A DNA stretch of 64,000 bases, from assembly GCF_039945315.1 (NCBI RefSeq), contig NZ_JBDUXB010000049.1:21891-85890 (forward strand), in the 5' to 3' direction. The notes under the pieces are model-generated. The model was not told the origin of the DNA. It saw only the letters and a program-made list of their open reading frames with translations, and made no database searches. A program made the translations under genes and the position numbers. This DNA comes from Tateyamaria sp. GTDB taxonomy: Bacteria; Pseudomonadota; Alphaproteobacteria; Rhodobacterales; Rhodobacteraceae. Shown here one piece after another: positions 57,816-64,000 of this stretch. Positions within the stretch are counted from its first letter, which is position 1. Each line of letters opens with the position of its first letter.

Positions 57816-58163
57816 ATGAAGCGCGCGTTTACCCTCGCGGCCACAGTTGCCGCAATGTCCATCGCCACCGCTGCGGCGGCGGACGAACACACTGTTCTCA
57901 TACTGCCCGACGCTTATTTCCCGCAGGTGACTTATCTGGACAACGGCGACTCGGTTCGCTTCATCAACATGTCCGGAGGTGAACACAATATCATTGCCGA
58001 AGGTGCGGCTTGGGAAATCGGACCCATTCCGGATCAGGGCGAAGCGGTCTTGGAAGTCAGCAACGTGGTCGAGAAAGCCTTTTTCAACAAAGATGCCACT
58101 GCTGAAGACGGCACAATGCTTGTCCAAGGCGAGATCAGCTTTGACACAGCGCCACTGAACTAA
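57816..58163 (+). CDS. hypothetical small secreted protein
   Basis: AAAAGGAG 7 nt upstream of the ATG. Signal peptide [24 protein letters not shown]. Beta-rich and without Cys, so not a copper cupredoxin. Confidence 0.6.
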   Translation: MKRAFTLAATVAAMSIATAAAADEHTVLILPDAYFPQVTYLDNGDSVRFINMSGGEHNIIAEGAAWEIGPIPDQGEAVLEVSNVVEKAFFNKDATAEDGTMLVQGEISFDTAPLN

Positions 58164-58837
58164 GTCGGCGTATCGCTTAGCGGTTCAATCAGCGCAGGCC
58201 CGGCGGCCCGGTTGGAATTGACCGTGGTGTCGACACGATACCAACTCAAAGTTTCTTCCGGGGCCGCACGCATCAACGTCGCGGCCCCTTTTCCCTTTTC
58301 GCCCAGCCAAAGCGGGATGTCGTCCGGCTCGAGAATTACAGGCATGCGGTGGTGTATCGCGGACATGGCTTTGTTCGCTCCTGTAGTCACGATCGCGGCC
58401 GTGCGCATTTCGTCAGTGTCATCCTTGGTCGACCACGTCTGCCAGATCGCTGCGAAAGCCAAAGGCGCGCCGTCTGTTCGGCTGATATACCACGGCAGCC
58501 GAACATCCCCATCCCGGGTCCATTCATAAAAGCCTGAGGCAACAATTATGGCCCGCCGTTCTCGGCAAGCTGCACGAAAGGCCGGCTTCTCTGCAATCGT
58601 TTCTGCCCGTGCGTTGATCAGCAACGGCCCGTCATTTGGTTTCTTGTACCAGTGCGGAATGAACCCCCACCGCATGGCACCCAGTCGGCGCTGCCCTTCA
58701 TATGTGGTCACAACATGCACAGCGTTGGTCGGGCAGACATTGTAGTTCGGCACATTCGGCAGGTCGTTTGCGGGCGTAGCCTCAAACAGCTGCGCCATGG
58801 CGTCCGTGGGCAGGGTGATGGAAAAGCGTCCGCACAT
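58160..58837 (-). CDS. SOS response-associated peptidase (SRAP/YedK family)
   Basis: Start MCGRFS (catalytic Cys2), then WGFIPHW and HHRMPVIL motifs. Confidence 0.9.
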   Translation of the reverse strand: MCGRFSITLPTDAMAQLFEATPANDLPNVPNYNVCPTNAVHVVTTYEGQRRLGAMRWGFIPHWYKKPNDGPLLINARAETIAEKPAFRAACRERRAIIVASGFYEWTRDGDVRLPWYISRTDGAPLAFAAIWQTWSTKDDTDEMRTAAIVTTGANKAMSAIHHRMPVILEPDDIPLWLGEKGKGAATLMRAAPEETLSWYRVDTTVNSNRAAGPALIEPLSDTPT

Positions 58838-58913
58838 AGGCACAAGAATGGAACGACGCGGCCGCACAGGCAACCCGCTTGCAGGCCAATGATCAGCCGG
58901 GCAAGGTGGCGCA

Positions 58914-59489
58914 AGGGATCGCACACAACGCCTCATCGTCCTGCCCTATTATTCCGGCGCCGGTCACACCGCGCAGGTAGCCCAAGCCATCGCAAGCGGT
59001 GCAAGAGGCGATCAGACCCGGGCAGAGGTCATCGATATCGAGCATATGACGGCGGATCATTGGGCCCTCTTGGATAGTGCGGACGCGATATTGCTTGGCG
59101 CTCCGACATATATGGGTTCGACCGCCGCACGCTACGGCGTTTTTCTTGAAGAGGCGGGCGAACGATGGATGGACCTGGGCTGGAAGGACAAACTCGCCGG
59201 TGGATTTACCGTCGCTACGTTTCCGTCCGGGGACAAGTTGGCGACCTTGCAGCGATTTTCGATCTTTGCCGCGCAAATGGGCATGATCTGGGTTGGCCCC
59301 GTTGATATTGGCGCTCCTGTCTTTCCTGAGCGGGAAGGCGTGAACGCAGATGGCGGCTGGCTTGGGTTGATGGCGACCAGTGCGCGCAGCCGGCGTGGCG
59401 CTGTGCGTGAGGGCGATCTTGAAACCGCCGCTCAGTTTGGCGCGAGGGTGGCCGGTATTGCCCAGCGCTTGCGAGGATCAGACAGCTAA
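58914..59489 (+). CDS. flavodoxin-like NAD(P)H:quinone oxidoreductase (WrbA-like) without a canonical start codon
   Basis: The in-frame sequence RLIVLPYYSGAGHTAQVAQAIASGA (FMN loop) lies upstream of the first ATG (59046). No ATG, GTG or TTG occurs between the stop at 58890 and 59046. AAGGTGG (58903-58909) is followed 4 nt later by AGG at 58914. Confidence 0.55.
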   Translation, partial: RDRTQRLIVLPYYSGAGHTAQVAQAIASGARGDQTRAEVIDIEHMTADHWALLDSADAILLGAPTYMGSTAARYGVFLEEAGERWMDLGWKDKLAGGFTVATFPSGDKLATLQRFSIFAAQMGMIWVGPVDIGAPVFPEREGVNADGGWLGLMATSARSRRGAVREGDLETAAQFGARVAGIAQRLRGSDS

Positions 59490-59497
59490 GCCCGGGC

Positions 59498-59538
59498 AAG
59501 CAAAGCAAAACCCCCAACGGCACTGGCCATCGGGGGTT
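59498..59538 (-). terminator. candidate rho-independent terminator for the 5'-nucleotidase gene
   Basis: Minus-strand AACCCCC-N16-GGGGGUU followed by UUGCUUUGCUUGCC. The loop is large. Confidence 0.45.
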
Positions 59539-59582
59539 CGCAATCAGTCTCGTTAGGCGCACCTGATGGTGCGCACTGCCGC

Positions 59583-61142
59583 TTACTTGGCAGTGATACG
59601 TCCATCCGTATAGGGCGTGAACGGACCTTTCGCGGCTAGGAATTCAGCCGTGACATCAGCAAGATCCGGTCCAAAGTCGTAGGCATTGAGCGCCTCTTTG
59701 AACATGCCGTAGCCATCACCGCCGTTGCGCACATAGTTGTTGGACACGACGCCGTAGAGCTTGTCAGTATCAATCAGCGAACCGCCAACCATCACATCAC
59801 TGATGCGCGCACCTGGTTCGGCTGCCGCATCAAAGGCATAGCTCATGCCTGCCACTTGTGGGAAACGGCCTGCGCCATCTTCGATTTGGCCTACACCATT
59901 TTCCAGAGCAGCAACTATAGTCGCTCCGGTCACCTGGAACGTGGACAGTGTGTTCTGGAACGGCAGAACAGTCAGGACTTCACCCATGGTAACAGGCCCT
60001 GCATCGATGGACGCACGAATGCCCCCGCCGTTCTGGATCGCGATCTCGATCCCCTGATCCGCTACCCGGTCAAGCATCGCATCAGCGATAAGCGAACCCA
60101 TGGCGCACTCCATCGCGCGGCAGGTGTCACGGCCGCCTTCGATGACGTCAGCCGCTTCGGCAACGACACGTGTCTTCATCTCTTCGATCGGCGCACCCAT
60201 TTCGGTGATCCGGGCAAGGAAGGCGTCGTTCGGAGTGACCGAGGCATCCAGCACCATCGGATCACCTGAAGCCGCAGTCACGTTGCCATCATCATCAAAA
60301 GTGACGGTCATATGGCCCAGATACTTGGTGTAGGCATAGGCCTGTGCCACGGGTGTGCCGTCGACCATCGTGGGATAGGCAGGCGTGCCGTCATCGTCAT
60401 TGGACATCAACGTGTGGCTGTGCCCTCCGATCACAACGTCGATGGCGGGAACGGCTGCGGCGATGTCCAGATCCTTGTTCAGGCCGACGTGGTTAAGGGC
60501 GATGATGATATCGACGCCTTCGGCTTCAAGGGCGGCGGCATCCGCGCTCAGCGCCTCGATCTCGTCCTGAAAGATCACGTTTTCGCCGGGGCTGGACGTT
60601 TCAACGGTGTCTACGGCCAAGGCCGAAATCACACCAATTTTCTTGCCGCCAACCTCAAGAACAACGTGGTTCTCAACTTTGCCCGCCAAAGTGGCTTCGC
60701 CAGATACATCCAGATTGCCTGAAATCACAGGAAAGCTGACCGTGTCTACAAAGCTGCCCAAACCGGCAGGACCATCGTCAAATTCGTGGTTGCCCACGGC
60801 CATGACGTCATAGCCCATCTGTTCCATGAATTCGGCTTCTGCGGCCCCTTTATAGGTGGTGTAAAACAGAGAGCCCTGAAATGGGTCGCCTGCGTCCAGA
60901 ACCACAACGTTTTGGTTGTCGAGCGACGCCTTCTTGGCATCAATGGCCGTCTTGACGCGCGCAATGCCGCCAAAGCACTTACCCTCGGCTTCGCCGTCAG
61001 CGTTGCAGGTGGAATCATATTTGTTGATCGATTCGATCCGGCTGTGCATGTCGTTGGTATGCAGAATGTGCAGTGTATACTCGGCCGAAGCGACGCCAGC
61101 GCTCAATGCCAATGCCGCTGTGCCCATCAAAAGTCGGGTCAT
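59583..61142 (-). CDS. periplasmic bifunctional 5'-nucleotidase/UDP-sugar hydrolase-like metallophosphoesterase
   Basis: Signal peptide MTRLLMGTAALALSAGVASA, then ILHTNDMHSR, DAGD, GNHEFD, and a C-terminal 5'-nucleotidase domain. GGGAGAAA upstream. Confidence 0.88.
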   Translation of the reverse strand: MTRLLMGTAALALSAGVASAEYTLHILHTNDMHSRIESINKYDSTCNADGEAEGKCFGGIARVKTAIDAKKASLDNQNVVVLDAGDPFQGSLFYTTYKGAAEAEFMEQMGYDVMAVGNHEFDDGPAGLGSFVDTVSFPVISGNLDVSGEATLAGKVENHVVLEVGGKKIGVISALAVDTVETSSPGENVIFQDEIEALSADAAALEAEGVDIIIALNHVGLNKDLDIAAAVPAIDVVIGGHSHTLMSNDDDGTPAYPTMVDGTPVAQAYAYTKYLGHMTVTFDDDGNVTAASGDPMVLDASVTPNDAFLARITEMGAPIEEMKTRVVAEAADVIEGGRDTCRAMECAMGSLIADAMLDRVADQGIEIAIQNGGGIRASIDAGPVTMGEVLTVLPFQNTLSTFQVTGATIVAALENGVGQIEDGAGRFPQVAGMSYAFDAAAEPGARISDVMVGGSLIDTDKLYGVVSNNYVRNGGDGYGMFKEALNAYDFGPDLADVTAEFLAAKGPFTPYTDGRITAK

Positions 61143-61283
61143 GTCGGTTTCTCCCATGTTGATTATGAGCGTTACGTGACAACAATCCGCGTCCCGAGTC
61201 AAAGGACATCCTGCATGATTGACGCAACGCACACGTGACAACGCCCACTTGATTGTTTGATAAGCGGCGGGCATCAGGGGCGC

Positions 61284-61631
61284 ATGCTGATTTACAAAAT
61301 TTTCCGCGCCCCCGAATGGGCAGCTTTGCGTCGGGACACAACCACGACGGGGGCACCGATAGACGTCACGGACGGCTATATCCACTTCTCGACGGCTGAA
61401 CAGGCCGGCGAGACTGCGGCAAAGCATTTTGCGGGCATAGATGATCTGTTTCTGATCGCAGTTGAGACCGATGCACTGGGCGATGATCTGAAATGGGAGC
61501 CTTCGCGCGGTGGTGCGTTGTTCCCGCACCTCTATCGCGAGATGAGACTGGCAGACGTACATTGGGCGCAGCCTTTGCCGATCGTCGACGGAGCGCATCA
61601 GTTCCCCGTCGGGGCCGGGTTTGACACATGA
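61284..61631 (+). CDS. DUF952-domain protein
   Basis: MLIYKIFRAPEW...DGYIHFSTAEQ...WEPSRGGALFPHLY is the DUF952 pattern. Confidence 0.8.
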   Translation: MLIYKIFRAPEWAALRRDTTTTGAPIDVTDGYIHFSTAEQAGETAAKHFAGIDDLFLIAVETDALGDDLKWEPSRGGALFPHLYREMRLADVHWAQPLPIVDGAHQFPVGAGFDT

Positions 61632-61852
61632 GCGAGGCGGCCTTTGTCGATCCTACACGCGCACAATTCGATGCGTTCAAAGGACTGGACAGAGACCAAC
61701 AGATCGAATTGTTGAATCTTGTCCGGTTTCGTGACCTCGCCATGATTTCAGACCCTGACTATCAAAGCGCCGTGGTGCACGGACAAGCCGGTGTGGCCAC
61801 GTCCCGCCTGATGGGCACTAAAACGGGCACAATCGGGACCAGTTTTGGATGA
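61628..61852 (+). CDS. short DUF1330-like ORF, probably internally deleted
   Basis: 74 aa. The N-terminus [31 protein letters not shown] joins directly to the C-terminus [29 protein letters not shown] overlaps on both sides. Confidence 0.5.
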   Translation: MSEAAFVDPTRAQFDAFKGLDRDQQIELLNLVRFRDLAMISDPDYQSAVVHGQAGVATSRLMGTKTGTIGTSFG

Positions 61853-62892
61853 AACGCACAATTGAAAACCTCGGCATGGCAGCCTTGCGTCGCATTGACC
61901 CGGAAACCGCACACGGATTGGCCTTGCGCGCTGTTCACACGCCACTGGCGCATTTGCCCGGCCCCGTAACCAGCGACCGGCTGTGCACCGAAATTGCCGG
62001 GCTTACCCTGCCCAACCCCGTCGGCCTTGCCGCAGGCTTTGACAAGAACGCCACGGCCATCGCGCCTTTGTCACGCGCCGGATTTGGCTGGATTGAGGTG
62101 GGGGCCGCTACTCCAGTCGCGCAACCCGGCAATCCGCGCCCACGCCTCTTCCGACTGCCCGAGGACGGAGCGGCGATCAATCGTTTCGGGTTTAACAACG
62201 ACGGGATGGAGGCGATTGCGCAGCGCCTTTCCAAACGACCTAAAGGGGTGCCTGTCGGGCTTAACCTTGGGGCCAACAAGGACAGTGCGAACCGGGCTGA
62301 GGACTTTGCAAAGGTGCTGGCCCATTGCGCACCGCATATCGACTTTGCCACTGTGAACGTTTCAAGCCCCAACACCGAGCGCTTGCGCGATCTGCAGGGC
62401 CCCATGGCACTTGCCGCTCTGCTTGATGGTGTGATGCAGGTGCGCGGCAACGTGCCAGTCTTTCTCAAAATCGCACCAGACCTGACGGATCAGGATCTGG
62501 CCGATATTGCCAAAGTGGCGCAAGACGCCCGGATCAGCGCGATCATTGCGACCAACACCACGCTTGACCGTTCTGGTTTGCGCAGCGCGCATGCACAGGA
62601 AAAAGGCGGGCTGTCCGGCGCGCCCCTGTTTGAAAAATCCACGAGAGTATTGGCCAAGTTGCACAAGTTGACAGACATCCCGCTGATCGGTGTAGGCGGC
62701 ATCTCGTCTGCCGAAGACGCCTATGCCAAAATCTGCGCTGGTGCATCGGCGGTGCAACTTTACACCGGCCTTGTCTATGGCGGGCTAAGCCTTGCGGCAG
62801 AAATCGCACGGTGTCTCGACGGGTTGTTGGAACAGGATGGGCATGCGTCGGTCACGGATGCTGTCGGAACCAAAGTCCAGAATTGGCTCTGA
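61849..62892 (+). CDS. pyrD: dihydroorotate dehydrogenase (quinone), class 2
   Basis: 347 aa with [23 protein letters not shown] and IGVGGI motifs. Confidence 0.95.
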   Translation: MKRTIENLGMAALRRIDPETAHGLALRAVHTPLAHLPGPVTSDRLCTEIAGLTLPNPVGLAAGFDKNATAIAPLSRAGFGWIEVGAATPVAQPGNPRPRLFRLPEDGAAINRFGFNNDGMEAIAQRLSKRPKGVPVGLNLGANKDSANRAEDFAKVLAHCAPHIDFATVNVSSPNTERLRDLQGPMALAALLDGVMQVRGNVPVFLKIAPDLTDQDLADIAKVAQDARISAIIATNTTLDRSGLRSAHAQEKGGLSGAPLFEKSTRVLAKLHKLTDIPLIGVGGISSAEDAYAKICAGASAVQLYTGLVYGGLSLAAEIARCLDGLLEQDGHASVTDAVGTKVQNWL

Positions 62893-62943
62893 CCCACCTT
62901 CATCTCGCAGATTAAACTCAAGGCTTGGGCAGCACCCCAGCTC

Positions 62944-64000
62944 TCAACCCGCGGCCCGTTCCAGCGCGGGATAGCGCGCACCCAGCGTCACCCCACGTGC
63001 CACAAAGGAGATCAGCAGAGCTGCCCAAAGGCCGTGATTGCCCATCACCGGCAACAACACGAAAATGGCCCCCCAGTAGATCAAAAAGGACAGCGCCATC
63101 ATGTTGCGCATGTCCCGCCCCCGCGCGGCCCCGATGAAAATGCCGTCCAGCATCCACGCCGCACAGCCCAGCAAGGGTGCTGCCACCATCCACCACAAAT
63201 AGGCGCGCGCCTCCTGTTGGACGTCCGCGTCCTTGGCCATCAAATCAATCAGCCACGGACCAGCCAACAGGAACGCCGCGGCCGTGATCACGCAGACCGT
63301 CAATCCCCACATCCCCGTTATAAGCGCAGCACGGCGGACACGGCGCCCGTCTCCGCGCCCGTAGGCCCGCGCGATCAGCGTCTCAGCCGCAAAAGCAAAC
63401 CCATCCATAGCGTGTGCGGTGATATACATGAACTGGATCAGCACCTCGTTGGCCGCAAGCGTCACATCGCCAAACCGTGCGCCGATAAAAACAAAGCTGG
63501 AAAAGATGACCATCAACATGGCTGAGCGCAGCAAGATATCTGTGTTTAGCAACGCCATCCGAACCAGCTTCGCCCTCTCAAGCACCCGCGTCCGGTCCCG
63601 CCATGCAGGACGCACAAAGGCCGAGCGGCAAAACCAAAGCCCCAGAGCCGCGCCCAGCACTTCGGCGATGACTGTGGCGATGGCCACGCCCTCAACCCCC
63701 CAACCAAAGCCGAGCACAAAGACAAAGTTCAACGCGATGTTAACCCCGTTCATGCCCAGCTGAATCCAGAATACAGCGCCTGTGCGCTCCATCGCGATCA
63801 GCCAACCGGTAAGGGCGTAAACCGCAATCGCCGCAGGAGCCGTCCAAATGCGAATGGTCAGGTAACCACGGGCAAGGCTTTCGACCTCGGCACTGGCCGG
63901 TGACAGTTGGAACGCTGCCCAGAACAGCGGGATTTGCAACACGATCAGACTCAGACCACCAAGCCCCGCGACCAGCAGCGCGCGTGTCAGCCATGCAGAC
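62944..64000 (-). CDS. MATE-family efflux transporter, N-terminus beyond window edge
   Basis: Polytopic and DinF/NorM-like. The reading frame remains open upstream of the track start (GTG 63942) to position 64000. Confidence 0.8.
   Translation of the reverse strand, partial: SAWLTRALLVAGLGGLSLIVLQIPLFWAAFQLSPASAEVESLARGYLTIRIWTAPAAIAVYALTGWLIAMERTGAVFWIQLGMNGVNIALNFVFVLGFGWGVEGVAIATVIAEVLGAALGLWFCRSAFVRPAWRDRTRVLERAKLVRMALLNTDILLRSAMLMVIFSSFVFIGARFGDVTLAANEVLIQFMYITAHAMDGFAFAAETLIARAYGRGDGRRVRRAALITGMWGLTVCVITAAAFLLAGPWLIDLMAKDADVQQEARAYLWWMVAAPLLGCAAWMLDGIFIGAARGRDMRNMMALSFLIYWGAIFVLLPVMGNHGLWAALLISFVARGVTLGARYPALERAAG

Noticed and set aside
57519-58127. Long N-terminal extension of the gcdH ORF (the track gives 610 aa).
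   Set aside because: Homology-like sequence begins at MNAEAK (57518), directly after a strong AAGGAGAG SD. The upstream part has no acyl-CoA dehydrogenase features. Similar artefactual extensions were trimmed for 59583-61598, 45993-47186, 50169-51380, 51486-52796, 52809-53927 and 58160-58936.
57816-58163. Calling the small secreted protein a cupredoxin or blue-copper protein.
   Set aside because: The mature sequence contains no cysteine, so the type-1 copper site cannot exist. It is left as hypothetical.
59557-59574. Hairpin GCGCACC-TGAT-GGTGCGC between the convergent WrbA-like and 5'-nucleotidase genes.
   Set aside because: It has no U-tract on either strand. The neighbouring structure at 59498-59538 is a better terminator candidate.
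1-64000. Search by eye for tRNA/rRNA genes, CRISPR repeat arrays, IS elements, integrases, phage genes, and toxin-antitoxin or known defence-system genes.
   Set aside because: I found no cloverleaf-like T-arm motifs in intergenic regions, no regularly spaced repeats, and no transposase- or integrase-like ORFs. Coding density leaves little room for them. This absence is based on visual inspection only.

Overview
About 60% GC, gene-dense chromosomal segment. Gene content and synteny look like a Rhodobacteraceae (roseobacter-type) alphaproteobacterium: irr-fabA-fabB-fabI, miaB/phoH-ybeY-corC-lnt, and a SAM/SAH-type leader on metK. I support about 65 protein-coding genes. Housekeeping genes: trpF (partial), ihfB, rpsA, metK, lnt, corC, ybeY, phoH, miaB, fabA/B/I, gcdH, pyrD. 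There are also several accessory operons. I recognised no rRNA, tRNA, CRISPR array, transposase, integrase or phage gene, and no known defence system. The most unusual content is a nearly uninterrupted minus-strand array at 36.7-53.9 kb, with many 1-4 nt start/stop overlaps. It has two parts. (a) A CUT1-type ABC importer with an embedded LacI-family repressor gene, a perfect 20-bp palindromic operator candidate, a HisD-family dehydrogenase, an SDR, and four genes carrying seven SnoaL/NTF2-like domains. It lacks any classical sugar-catabolic enzyme. (b) A tightly coupled seven-gene array encoding a PNPOx-like protein, a membrane protein, a bicupin, a secreted Cys-rich protein, a SAM methyltransferase, a MetE-like protein and a CIA30 protein. 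I cannot assign either part to a described pathway. Smaller observations: a SAM/SAH-like riboswitch directly abutting the lnt stop codon; a roughly 4 kb lower-GC insertion splitting fabA from fabB; three apparently decayed genes (an esterase with an in-frame TAG before its catalytic His, a 77-codon GMC-oxidoreductase relic inside the ABC operon, and a flavodoxin-like gene with AGG where its start codon should be); a probably internally deleted DUF1330-like ORF; and several perfect dyads or hairpins at regulatory positions. All functional calls rest on motif recognition by eye. No database search was run.
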